From NCBI GenBank assembly GCA_037128175.1, contig JBAXWY010000008.1, positions 1 through 64,000 on the forward strand: a stretch of 64,000 nucleotides of DNA. The letters are read 5' to 3'. The translations under genes were made by a program, and so were the position numbers. The DNA is from Methanothrix sp. GTDB lineage: Archaea > Halobacteriota > Methanosarcinia > Methanotrichales > Methanotrichaceae. The notes beneath the pieces are model-generated. The model made no database searches. It was not told the origin of the DNA and was given only the letters and a program-made list of their open reading frames with translations. Below are positions 10,094-19,633 of the stretch, piece by piece. Position 1 is the stretch's first letter, and every line of letters starts with the position of its first letter.

Positions 10094-10965
10094 AATTGAT
10101 GTTCTATTTCCGCCCTTAAATTCTTTAGTGACACTTCTATCCCATCAGGCGACTCCTTGAGATCACTCTTTGCCTTTGAAGTATCCAGTGATGAATCGAT
10201 CGGCCGCCTGGCAGCCCATTGCAATTCCTCCATCCTGGAAGGAATGATAAGGCTCGCATCCAGATCGAATTCCCTGGCAAGCTCCAGAGCATAGTCATAC
10301 CGGGATATCCTGGTGGCACCTGCCAGATTGTAGACCCCGCATAGCCTTCGGTCTGCCGCCTCCAGGACCATTTTGGCCAGATTGGTGTTCAATGTGGGAG
10401 TGATAAACTGATCCGTGACCACGCGAACCTCCTTGCCGGATTTGAGGCTATTGAGCAACCAGAGAGCAAAATTGACCTTGCCGCTGGCTGGTCGTGAGCC
10501 ATAAATCACACAGGTCCTGGCGATGCACCCACGGCAAAACTGTTCGCCCAGGAGCTTACTGTAGCCGTAATAGCTTACCGGATTAGTGCAGTCGTCTTCA
10601 CGATACATGCCGCGGTTTCCGTCGAAGACATAATCCGTGGAGATGTAGATCAGAAAAGAACCGGCATTTTCCGCCGCCGTGGCTATGGCTCGCGTGCCCT
10701 CTACATTCATCTGATAGGCAAGCTCCTTCTCGCGTTCGCATCTATCCACATCGGTTAGGGCTGCACTGTGAATAATAACCTCGGGTTCAATCTTCCCAAC
10801 CAGTTCATACATGCTCATTTCATCCCTAAGATCAAACTTTACAGCCCTTCCGTACTCTGGCAGATTATGGGCATATCCGGAAAAGACCTCATCACCTCTG
10901 GCTTGGGCTATCTCCGCGACCTTGCTTCCCAAGAGCCCACTACCACCTGTTATGAAAATCTTCAT
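10081..10965 (-). CDS. rmlD: dTDP-4-dehydrorhamnose reductase
   Basis: GGSGLLG, ISTDYVFDG and YGYSK motifs. Confidence 0.93.
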   Translation of the reverse strand: MKIFITGGSGLLGSKVAEIAQARGDEVFSGYAHNLPEYGRAVKFDLRDEMSMYELVGKIEPEVIIHSAALTDVDRCEREKELAYQMNVEGTRAIATAAENAGSFLIYISTDYVFDGNRGMYREDDCTNPVSYYGYSKLLGEQFCRGCIARTCVIYGSRPASGKVNFALWLLNSLKSGKEVRVVTDQFITPTLNTNLAKMVLEAADRRLCGVYNLAGATRISRYDYALELAREFDLDASLIIPSRMEELQWAARRPIDSSLDTSKAKSDLKESPDGIEVSLKNLRAEIEHQLWRD

Positions 10966-10972
10966 AGATAAA

Positions 10973-11974
10973 TTACCATTTCAGCTTCCATGGGGTGGGA
11001 TGCAGCACCTTTTCGTCCATGAGATGCCTCCACCATGCTTCATTTTGCATATACCATTGCACAGTTTTCTCTATTCCATCAGCAAAGCTCTGCCGGGGGT
11101 GCCATCCCAGTTCCCCTCTGAGCTTCGAGCTGTCCAAGCTGTACCTAAGATCATGTCCTGGTCGATCTTCCACAAACTCCATCAGATTCTCGTCTTTGCC
11201 CAAAATGTGGAGAATGGTCTTTATGACTTCCAGATTGGTCTTCTCCTCTGCTCCGGAGATGTTATAGATCTCGCCTTTGCGGCCTTGGAAGAGGACATTT
11301 TCTACCGCACGGCAGTGATCCAGAACATAAATCCAATCCCTCACATTTATTCCTGTGCCGTAGACGGGGATCTTCAATCCGGCCCTGGCCCTCAAGATCG
11401 TCTTTGGTATCAGCTTTTCCGGGAATTGATAGGGACCATAATTGTTAGTGCATCTGGTTATCATAGCCTCCAAGCCATAAGTTCGGGCGTAGGCCAGGAC
11501 AAAGACGTCACCAGCCGCTTTGCTGGCGGAGTAGGGTGATGAGGGAGATAGAGTGCTCTCTTCCGTAAAAGAGCCATCGAGAATATCTCCATAAACCTCG
11601 TCCGTAGAAATTTGCACAAATCGGGCCTTTGGATTATGATTTCTCAGGGCTTCCAGCAGACTGAAGACACCTAAGACATTGCTATGCAGGAAGGAGTCGG
11701 GACTGGAGATAGATCTATCCACATGAGTTTCCGCAGCAAAGCTCACCACTGCATCCACATTTACAATCAAGCTGGATATAAAAGCCCTGTCGGCGATATC
11801 CCCTTGGCAAAAGGAGTATCTACCATTCTCTTTCAGATCCAGCAGGCCATTTACATTGGAGCCATACCCAAGGGAATCCACATTTATTATTCTGCAATCT
11901 TCGTGCTCATCCAGCATGAACCTTATGAAGTTGCTTCCAATGAAACCCTGGCCACCCGTAACAAGAAGCTTCAT
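10973..11974 (-). CDS. rmlB: dTDP-glucose 4,6-dehydratase
   Basis: GGQGFIG, AAETHVDRSI, STDEVYG, YSASK and DRPGHDLRY motifs. Confidence 0.95.
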   Translation of the reverse strand: MKLLVTGGQGFIGSNFIRFMLDEHEDCRIINVDSLGYGSNVNGLLDLKENGRYSFCQGDIADRAFISSLIVNVDAVVSFAAETHVDRSISSPDSFLHSNVLGVFSLLEALRNHNPKARFVQISTDEVYGDILDGSFTEESTLSPSSPYSASKAAGDVFVLAYARTYGLEAMITRCTNNYGPYQFPEKLIPKTILRARAGLKIPVYGTGINVRDWIYVLDHCRAVENVLFQGRKGEIYNISGAEEKTNLEVIKTILHILGKDENLMEFVEDRPGHDLRYSLDSSKLRGELGWHPRQSFADGIEKTVQWYMQNEAWWRHLMDEKVLHPTPWKLKW

Positions 11975-11979
11975 CTAAA

Positions 11980-13032
11980 TCACAGCGATATCTCGGAGTT
12001 GTCGCCGACAATGAGCCTGTTTCCCTTAGGCAGGGCGACGCCCTCTTGGATGCGGACATTTCTGCCGATGAGACTCTCTACGATCTTTCCGGCATTAATT
12101 ATCCTGCTATCATCCATGATTATGGAATCCTCGATCTCCGTCCCACTGATGTTGCATCCATATCCCACCGAGGTATAGGGGCCTATATATGAATCGGATA
12201 TGACGCTGCCTTTTCCTATTATACAGGGCCCCTTTATCACCGATCTCTCGATCCTTGTCTCCTTTTCAATTACGACCCTGCCCATCACTCGCGACCCCTC
12301 CATCTGGCCCTCATTTTTAGTGGTGATATCATCCAGGATGAGGCGATTAGCCTCAAAGATATCCTCAGGTTTTCCCGTATCCTTCCACCATCCTTCCACA
12401 AAAGATGCATCGACTTTGTAGCCATTTTCGATGAGCCATTGAATGGCATCGGTGATCTCCAGTTCATTTCTCCAAGAGGGCTTGATGGCTTTGCAGGCGT
12501 CAATTATCACCGGCTTGAAGAAGTAAACGCCTACCAACGCATAATTGGATGGAGGAACTTTGGGCTTTTCCACCAGACGTCTTATACTTCCATCCTGGTT
12601 TAAGTCGGCAACTCCAAAGCGTTGCGGATCATTAACCTCTGTGAGAAGCACACTGGCATCGCTCTTGAGGTTATTGAACCGCTCTTTATGTCGTACTATG
12701 CCGTCTCGGAGGATGTTATCTCCCAGATACATCACAAAATCTTCATCCAGAAATTTTTCTGCCACCAATATGGTATGGGCAAGGCCCTTGGGCTCCCCCT
12801 GGTAGATGAACTCTATTGGAACATCCCAGGGCCCGGACCTCACAGTATCTATTACTTGATCCTTATTCGGACCCAGGATTATGCCGATCTCATCGGCTCC
12901 GGCTTCAATGACATCTTCAATGGCATAGAAGAGTACCGGCTTATTGGCCACCGGTATGAGCTGTTTTTGCTGAGAATAAGTAAGAGGACGAAGCCTGGTT
13001 CCAGACCCGCCGGATAGTATGAGAGCTTTCAC
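11980..13032 (-). CDS. rmlA: Glucose-1-phosphate thymidylyltransferase (long form)
   Basis: GGSGTRLRPLT, YLGDN, VEKP and RNELEITDA motifs, with a C-terminal hexapeptide region. Confidence 0.93.
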   Translation of the reverse strand: MKALILSGGSGTRLRPLTYSQQKQLIPVANKPVLFYAIEDVIEAGADEIGIILGPNKDQVIDTVRSGPWDVPIEFIYQGEPKGLAHTILVAEKFLDEDFVMYLGDNILRDGIVRHKERFNNLKSDASVLLTEVNDPQRFGVADLNQDGSIRRLVEKPKVPPSNYALVGVYFFKPVIIDACKAIKPSWRNELEITDAIQWLIENGYKVDASFVEGWWKDTGKPEDIFEANRLILDDITTKNEGQMEGSRVMGRVVIEKETRIERSVIKGPCIIGKGSVISDSYIGPYTSVGYGCNISGTEIEDSIIMDDSRIINAGKIVESLIGRNVRIQEGVALPKGNRLIVGDNSEISL

Positions 13033-13096
13033 GAATAAACCTCAACGCAGCATCTTGATCGCTCAGGATTGGCATTGGCCAAGATATACCCTTCGA

Positions 13097-14281
13097 TTAA
13101 GGCCCCGGATAAATAACCTCGATATTCTCCATGTTCAATATCAACTTCCGGAGCTCCTCGCAGTTTATGGGATGCTTGAACTCGCTGCACAGCTTCACCC
13201 GTTCCGATAGGTCACCCAGCTCCTTGTCCTTTAAGTAGTAGCCCATTCTCTGGGTGATGTATTTGAGTGCCTTGGCTCCGGTGTGCTTGCCTATGATGAT
13301 ATGCCGGGCGGCGCCCACCATTTCCGGAGAGTAGAGCTCATAGGTTCTGGGCTCTTCCAAGACGGCCGCCACATGGATTCCCGACTCATGGGCAAAGGCA
13401 TTGCTGCCCACTACAGCCTTATTTCTGGCCACGGGAACCTCTGAGTAGGTCTCCACCAGCTTGGATAGGTCCTTTACCTTGGTCAGATCGTAACCCCCCA
13501 GGTCGTAATGCAGCCGTAAAGTTACCAGCAGCTCTTCTAAAGGCGTATTGCCGCTCCGCTCTCCAATGCCGTTTACCGTAGTGTGCAGCTGCTTTGCCCC
13601 CGCTTCCGCTCCGGCCAGGGTATTGGCCAGGGCCATTCCCAGGTCGTCATGGCAGTGCATGCAGATAGGGACCTTGACAACTTTTTTCAGCTCGCTTATC
13701 ATGTAATATGTCGTGCGCGGATTCATGATCCCCACGGTGTCAGCAACGCTGATGTAATCGGCATGGTACTCCTCTGCCTTCTTGTAAAGCTTCTTCAAAA
13801 TCTCAAAGTCGGTGCGTGTGGCATCTTCGGCTGAGAAGCGCACAATCAGGCCATGGTCCTTGGCGTACTCCACAGTCTGCAGCGCGCAGGAAATCGCCTC
13901 GGGACAGCTCATATGCAGTTTGTACTTGAGATGAAGATCAGAGGTAGCGATGAAGACGCTGACCATGTCGGCGCCGCATTCAATGGCTGCGTCGACATCC
14001 TTCTTGACGGACCGGCAGAGCGCTGAGATCTTGGCATCAAGTCCCAGATTGCAGACCTCTTTTACGGCATTCATCTCGGCCGCGGAGACGACAGGAAAAC
14101 CGGCTTCTATAACCTCGACGCCGATCTCGTCCAGCCGCAGAGCTATATCCAATTTTTCATCGGCGCGAAAGACTACTCCCGGCATCTGCTCACCGTCGCG
14201 AAGGGTTACATCGCAGATCTCGATGTCCAGGGGTGGTGTCTTGGATAGGGCCAAGAATTGATTGAGGGAGTAGTCTTGCAT
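13097..14281 (-). CDS. aksA: Homocitrate synthase AksA-like (LeuA/CimA/NifV superfamily)
   Basis: DVTLRDGEQ, HCHDDLG, GIGERSGN and FAHESGIH motifs; no LeuA regulatory domain. Confidence 0.75.
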   Translation of the reverse strand: MQDYSLNQFLALSKTPPLDIEICDVTLRDGEQMPGVVFRADEKLDIALRLDEIGVEVIEAGFPVVSAAEMNAVKEVCNLGLDAKISALCRSVKKDVDAAIECGADMVSVFIATSDLHLKYKLHMSCPEAISCALQTVEYAKDHGLIVRFSAEDATRTDFEILKKLYKKAEEYHADYISVADTVGIMNPRTTYYMISELKKVVKVPICMHCHDDLGMALANTLAGAEAGAKQLHTTVNGIGERSGNTPLEELLVTLRLHYDLGGYDLTKVKDLSKLVETYSEVPVARNKAVVGSNAFAHESGIHVAAVLEEPRTYELYSPEMVGAARHIIIGKHTGAKALKYITQRMGYYLKDKELGDLSERVKLCSEFKHPINCEELRKLILNMENIEVIYPGP

Positions 14282-14345
14282 AGCGCGCTAATAGTGATAA
14301 TTCATTACATAAATCGGTTTCGAAGGAAAGGGGTTTCCGGCAATT

Positions 14346-14450
14346 GTGACTACTCCCACGACTGAAGTCGCGGGCATCTAGGCTTTCGCCACAGGCTGTA
14401 GTCCCAGTATGAGAATATTCCTATGCAACCAAACCTTTAGATCTCCGATC
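14346..14450 (-). mobile_element. Orphan IS200/IS605 right end / omega-RNA relic
   Basis: The minus strand reads GATG-CCCGCGAC-TTCA-GTCGTGGG-AGTAGTCAC, preceded by AGCCTGTGG (shared with the element at 1-141) and an RNILILGL tnpB-like tail. Confidence 0.7.
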
Positions 14451-15764
14451 TTGGAAAGATGCAAAACGCTCCAATATCCAGCGGCTTCGCACTTCAGGAT
14501 GAAATATGATGCCGTAAGTGGGATGAGTGCAGTGCCTGAAAGCCTCTACTGCACCAATTCTTCTGGCCAGCTGCAGGAATCCCTCCGGCAATGTCACTGC
14601 ATAGTTATGAAGATGATAGCCTTCTATCTGTCGCGTCTCGCCCAGCAGCGATGAATCCCTGACGACCTCTATCTCTTCCAGGCCGATTGCCCGATTTGGC
14701 ACTATCGATCCGCCATAAACGGCGCTGATGACCTGCATGCCTGCGCAGATTCCTAAAATGGGCTTTTTGAAATCCTTTATCCAGGAGAAGAGCTCTAAAT
14801 GCTCGGCATAAACATTGTCCATCAGGGCCGTTCCGCAAAGGATAATTTTATCGTGGTTGGCGAGATGCGGCGGCTTGACCTCGGTATAATGCATAATGTT
14901 GCAAAGAAAGCCCAATTTTTGCAGCGTATCTCTAATGGGGTGGACAAATTCGTACCGGGATAAGGAGTCTTTTTCAAAGCACAGGTCAACCAGAAGGATG
15001 CACGACCTCTTATGCATCATCTCCGTTGGATTTTGTCCTTCGTACGGATTTTTCCCATCCATTTCCGGACTCATTGCCTTCACAGGTTTCACCACCAGTT
15101 GTATCTCTTCTATGACAAACTGTCCACGATAGTTGGCATATCTCTGGGATGCCTTCATGATCTCGATTCTCTTCAGGAAAAGGGGGCCGTCCAGGACGAA
15201 GGTCTCCAGCTCTCCGCCCTCACCAGAGGGATTTATCTTGTATTTTTTCTGGAGCCGTTCCAGCATTTGGATGCGCTCTTCCGTCAATCGCGCGCCCAGC
15301 CAGGAGGCATCGAAGGGATAAGCATAGACCCCGGAGATGATGATGGAAAAGTTTTCCTTTAAAAGTCTGCGGAGGTAATCGATCTGATTTGTCTGCCAGA
15401 GGGGATTATAGCACCATATATTCTGGTCGCGACAGATTCTCTGCACACGCGCTGCCTGGTAGACGGACTCAATGGCTCCTGTGACTATTCCCTTGACGGC
15501 GTATCTCTCCCGGGCGGCGGCAATGGCCGCCGACAGGTCCGCCAGCTCCTCCTCTTTGACGCCGTTCGTGGGCCAGGTGAGCAGGGGAATGCCCATGGCC
15601 TTCGCTTGCCGGTCGGTGTGGCGAATGTTGGGCGTGTGGAACATGTAGCTGTCCGGGTTCTCCGAGACCAGAGTTATCAAGCAGGCTACCTGGTTCTTTT
15701 CCATGGCCAGGCGGCAGGCAAAGACCGAGTCCTTGCCGCCTGAGAAGAGCACGCCCAGTTTCAT
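14421..15764 (-). CDS. dph6: Diphthine--ammonia ligase (Dph6) fused to a class I glutamine amidotransferase domain
   Basis: N-terminus has LFSGGKDS, SYMFH, GAIESVYQ, PLWQ and GEGGELET; C-terminus has ILGICAGMQ and FHPE. Confidence 0.85.
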   Translation of the reverse strand: MKLGVLFSGGKDSVFACRLAMEKNQVACLITLVSENPDSYMFHTPNIRHTDRQAKAMGIPLLTWPTNGVKEEELADLSAAIAAARERYAVKGIVTGAIESVYQAARVQRICRDQNIWCYNPLWQTNQIDYLRRLLKENFSIIISGVYAYPFDASWLGARLTEERIQMLERLQKKYKINPSGEGGELETFVLDGPLFLKRIEIMKASQRYANYRGQFVIEEIQLVVKPVKAMSPEMDGKNPYEGQNPTEMMHKRSCILLVDLCFEKDSLSRYEFVHPIRDTLQKLGFLCNIMHYTEVKPPHLANHDKIILCGTALMDNVYAEHLELFSWIKDFKKPILGICAGMQVISAVYGGSIVPNRAIGLEEIEVVRDSSLLGETRQIEGYHLHNYAVTLPEGFLQLARRIGAVEAFRHCTHPTYGIIFHPEVRSRWILERFASFQDRRSKGLVA

Positions 15765-15814
15765 CCGGCTTAAGAAGAATACGGCAAGCTAATAAAAGAT
15801 ATTGGCGAGCGGGA

Positions 15815-15890
15815 TGGTTGAAACGTCGTTAGCCACTGTGGTTACGCACTTACAACCACAGAAGAGCGAGGGAGTACTCACAGAGCAAGC
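15815..15890. repeat. Intergenic ACCACAG-family repeat with a short inverted repeat
   Basis: 15815-15833 is the exact reverse complement of 25392-25410; CTGTGGTT...AACCACAG forms an inverted pair. Confidence 0.65.
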
Positions 15891-17356
15891 ATCCGCCAGA
15901 TCTTCGTCATATCCAAGTTTGCCTCTACAGCCGTGGCCAGCTCGGTGAAGCCATCTCCCTTCGCAGCCTTCGTCCCCATTCCGGTCTTGGGGGACAATTT
16001 TTGGTCCTGGCCGGGATTTTTGTGGTGGCGCAGGAAATCGAGAAAAGCATTGCGAAAGTTCTCATTCTCGAAGATGCCATGCAGGTAGGTGCCGATCACC
16101 ATTCCGCTTTCCGATACCGCGCCGTCGTCTCCGAAGGCTGTCTCCCCCTTGGGGCGGGTCACACCCATGTGAATCTCGTAGCCTGTGACGATTTGGCCGC
16201 GGATCGGCTCCAGGATGGGGCCGCCACCCGTGATTGTCTTTTTCACCTGCACCGTCCTCTTCTCATAAAGGTCGAAGCGGGTCACAGCATCCAACAGACC
16301 CAGGCCGGGGATTGTTCCCACAGTATCCTCAATGCCGCAGTCGATGATCTCCCGGCCCAGCATCTGGTAGCCTCCGCAGATGCCCAAGACCGGAGTGTCC
16401 GGCAGGGATTTTATCTGATCAGCCATGCCCTTTTCCTGCATCTCCAAGAGGTCGGAGACTGTGTTCTTGGTGCCGGGAATGATTATCGCATCCGGACAGC
16501 CCAGCTCTTCCGAGAGGCCAACGTAGCGAACGTGCGCCTGCCGTTCCAGGGGCTCGAAGTCGGTGAAGTTGCTGATGCGCGGCAGCCTGATCACCGCGAT
16601 ATCGACCTGCTCGCCCGCCGGACCGTTCTTTTTGTCGCCCAAAGAGACCGAGTCCTCAGATGGTATGTCCAGGTCCAGGTAGGGCAGGACGCCCAGCACG
16701 GGTACACCTGTGAGTTCTTCCAGCGTCTTCAGGCCGGACCCCAAAATGGCAGGATCGCCCCGGAATTTGTTGATAACCAGGCCCTTAACCAGTGGCCGAA
16801 CGTCCTCGGGCAAGAGCTGCACCGTGCCGAAAAGGCTGGCGAAGACGCCACCCCGCTCGATGTCCCCGACCAGGATTATAGGGGCTTGCAGGTAGCGGGC
16901 CACGTAGATATTGGCGAGATCCCGATCGAAGAGGTTGATCTCTGCCGCTCCGCCCGCTCCTTCTACTACTATATAGTCGTAGTCTTTCTCCAGCTCCAGC
17001 AAAGATCGATCCACTACCCCCTTGAGCCCGTCGATCTCTCGATAGTACTCTTCTGCCGATTTGTCGGCCACTGGTCTACCCAGGACGATGACCTGAGAGG
17101 TGCGGTCCCCTTTTGGCTTGAGCAGGATGGGATTCATGAACTCGCTGGGCTCCGCCCGGGCCGCCCAGGCCTGCGCCGCCTGAGCGATACCGATCTCCGA
17201 GCCGTTCTGGGTAACCCAGGAGTTGAGGCTCATGTTCTGGGACTTGAAGGGCGCGACCCTGAAGCCGCGATCGGAGAGCAGGCGGCAGAGGGCGGCGACA
17301 AGAGTGCTCTTGCCGGAATGGGAGGTAGTGCCGAGGACCACAAGAAAGCGGGACAT
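15878..17356 (-). CDS. cobQ: Cobyric acid synthase
   Basis: GTTSHSGKS, PFKSQNMSLNS, EGAGG, RISNFTDF, GICGGYQMLG and YEIH motifs. Start assigned to MSRFLVV. Confidence 0.95.
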   Translation of the reverse strand: MSRFLVVLGTTSHSGKSTLVAALCRLLSDRGFRVAPFKSQNMSLNSWVTQNGSEIGIAQAAQAWAARAEPSEFMNPILLKPKGDRTSQVIVLGRPVADKSAEEYYREIDGLKGVVDRSLLELEKDYDYIVVEGAGGAAEINLFDRDLANIYVARYLQAPIILVGDIERGGVFASLFGTVQLLPEDVRPLVKGLVINKFRGDPAILGSGLKTLEELTGVPVLGVLPYLDLDIPSEDSVSLGDKKNGPAGEQVDIAVIRLPRISNFTDFEPLERQAHVRYVGLSEELGCPDAIIIPGTKNTVSDLLEMQEKGMADQIKSLPDTPVLGICGGYQMLGREIIDCGIEDTVGTIPGLGLLDAVTRFDLYEKRTVQVKKTITGGGPILEPIRGQIVTGYEIHMGVTRPKGETAFGDDGAVSESGMVIGTYLHGIFENENFRNAFLDFLRHHKNPGQDQKLSPKTGMGTKAAKGDGFTELATAVEANLDMTKIWRMLAL

Positions 17357-17554
17357 GGGAATGGCGAAGCCGTGCAAGCTTATTTGCCTTTTGGAAGGTG
17401 GGATTTTGCAGCGAAAACACATCGGTGATTGAGATGAGCGAAGTCGGGCAAGGTGATAAAAGTATCATGCAGTAGTCACTCATTTAAACGTATAATAAAC
17501 TATAAAATGTATATCGTTCGCAATCTTTAATTATTTAGAAGTAAGCGAGTAGAA

Positions 17555-18916
17555 ATGGAGTGGATTATGAAAATGAGACCTACAATTGGATTTATGATAT
17601 TCATAATAATGTTGACCTCTTTATCGGATGCATATGACTTTACCGAGAAGATACATGTTTATGGTTCAGGCAGTATGCTCGCCCAAACAAATGCCAAGCA
17701 AGCAGGCGATCTGGCCCAGGGAAGTGGTGAACAATATTATTATAGGCAACTAATATCAAAACCTAATCAATTAAGTTTGACCTCGGAATATGATCTAAAA
17801 GGCGATGATGCTGAAAAGAGATTTTATTTAAAAAATTCGGAAGGGCTCAATACAAGCATCTATCAAACTTATATCCCTAATCGCTATTCAATAAATATGC
17901 TAAGTTCTGGTGGACTGCAACACACTGTATCAGTCAATGGTTTTTCCTCGCCAAATACCACTAATCTGACCTCCAAGAGCCAAATCATATTTAATATGCC
18001 GACGTCCGACATCTCTTCATCCGAATCGGGTGTTGTTACAAATTACAATATTGAGGGTGCAGGAAGACTGTCCGAAGTGCTATTGGACTATAATTTTGGA
18101 AGACATCCCTGGAGAGTTGCAGAGACCTCGATAACTGGCCCTCATTTCAAGATCCAATCAGGTATAACCGATGACAAAGGTATGCAGGGAAGCGATACAT
18201 CCTCACTTCTGGATAGCTTCAACCGCATGTCTTCGTCTACAGAAACCGGGAAACCTAATACCAAGGAATTAGATGAATTAAATAGCAAATTTGATCAAGG
18301 CATAATTGATGCAACGATGTACCTCAGCGGCCTGGTGGAAAAATGGATGGGGGGCAAAATTGATAGCGTTTCTCTGCAGGAAGAATTGAAGTTGAGGGTG
18401 AATAAATACCAGATCAAACAAAGTGAATATGATGAAATCAGCAAGATCATGCAGGACAACGAGATAAAAGTAACCAGTGGTGCTAAAATCCTCGCATTGG
18501 TTGATGCGAAATTTAAAAACAAGCTGATCACCGCACAGGAATATCTGGAATTGATAACGGGGATGTGGAGAGGGCAGGAGATAACAGACACGATTTATCT
18601 TGAGAGATTGCGGACACTCCGAGAAAATAACGACATTGACGGGGCTAAATACACAATATTGAAGGCAGAAGTATTTGAAATATCGGATGCAAGAATCAAT
18701 GTCGATCTCCGGCTAAATAAAATCGAGGGGGATTTCGATAAAAATATCACAACCAAAGAAAAATATCTTGGCGACATTCATGATTTATGGGATAAGTTTC
18801 TAATCAGTAGCACAAAGTATATGGAGATATTGAAGGCGAGACTGGACAATAAGAATATCAATGACGAAGATTACACCAAAGCCAAGGAAGAGATTTTTGC
18901 ACGAGAGATGCAATAA
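17555..18916 (+). CDS. Secreted hypothetical protein with three C-terminal SHOCT-like helical repeat blocks
   Basis: Signal peptide; repeats begin FDQGIIDATMYL / FKNKLITAQEYL / FDKNITTKEKYL. Confidence 0.7.
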   Translation: MEWIMKMRPTIGFMIFIIMLTSLSDAYDFTEKIHVYGSGSMLAQTNAKQAGDLAQGSGEQYYYRQLISKPNQLSLTSEYDLKGDDAEKRFYLKNSEGLNTSIYQTYIPNRYSINMLSSGGLQHTVSVNGFSSPNTTNLTSKSQIIFNMPTSDISSSESGVVTNYNIEGAGRLSEVLLDYNFGRHPWRVAETSITGPHFKIQSGITDDKGMQGSDTSSLLDSFNRMSSSTETGKPNTKELDELNSKFDQGIIDATMYLSGLVEKWMGGKIDSVSLQEELKLRVNKYQIKQSEYDEISKIMQDNEIKVTSGAKILALVDAKFKNKLITAQEYLELITGMWRGQEITDTIYLERLRTLRENNDIDGAKYTILKAEVFEISDARINVDLRLNKIEGDFDKNITTKEKYLGDIHDLWDKFLISSTKYMEILKARLDNKNINDEDYTKAKEEIFAREMQ

Positions 18917-18961
18917 ATTTTATTTCAATTTTTTTAAGTTAAAAAATGTGGAGATGGATAT

Positions 18962-19564
18962 ATGGCAAGAAAAATCTTGAAGTGGAGATGCAGGTTTCTG
19001 AAATGCGGATTCGACAAGAATTGGGTATATGCAGATGACGTTGAGGCCAAAAAATTATTGATCTGCATGAATTGCGGCATAGGGACCGTACCAAAGGAAC
19101 CTGTGAGTAAATCCGGAAGCTGGCTACCGTGCATTGACTTAAAAGGATTGAATTTGCGTCTGCCAAACGGCTCGCCCGGCCAGGACTGGGTCGACGGAAA
19201 TGGGAAGACGTTTTCGCTTGAGGACTATATTAGGGTGCACCAGGTGCACCCCGAAAGATTCTATTACTTCTCGCACTCCAGCTACAAGAGGCCTGAGGAT
19301 CTTATCCCGGAACCAATTCCTCAAGATGCACAAGTAGGGGACGATCCAGCCCCTCAAGAAACCATCACCTCTGCAGATCTGAAAGTCCAAGATGCCCAGA
19401 AAAAAGTTGAAGGATTCAGAGACGGAAAAAAGATTAATGAGATGGATTACATTAAAAAGTTACGGTATTTAGAAAAACTGCGGGAGTGGAAAAACAGTGG
19501 CCTTATCAACGATGAGGATTTAGATGCGCAGATTAATAAGACATTGAATATTGGTGGAAAGTAG
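18962..19564 (+). CDS. Hypothetical Cys-rich protein with a C-terminal SHOCT-like helix pair
   Basis: CRFLKC, CMNC and LPC motifs; C-terminus LEKLREWKNSGLINDEDLDAQI. Confidence 0.7.
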   Translation: MARKILKWRCRFLKCGFDKNWVYADDVEAKKLLICMNCGIGTVPKEPVSKSGSWLPCIDLKGLNLRLPNGSPGQDWVDGNGKTFSLEDYIRVHQVHPERFYYFSHSSYKRPEDLIPEPIPQDAQVGDDPAPQETITSADLKVQDAQKKVEGFRDGKKINEMDYIKKLRYLEKLREWKNSGLINDEDLDAQINKTLNIGGK

Positions 19565-19575
19565 GTATGTAAGGC

Positions 19576-19602
19576 GATATCTTTGCGGAGCGCAAAGATA
19601 TC
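19576..19602. terminator. Perfect 12-bp hairpin between convergent genes
   Basis: GATATCTTTGCG-GAG-CGCAAAGATATC. Confidence 0.55.
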
Positions 19603-19633
19603 TTTACAAATTAAATGAGCCAAAAGATTCGGA

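Noticed and set aside
16001-17428. 475-aa plus-strand ORF
   Set aside because: Antisense shadow of the GC-rich cobQ gene; the same applies to other long antisense ORFs such as 33749-34795 and 21142-22041.
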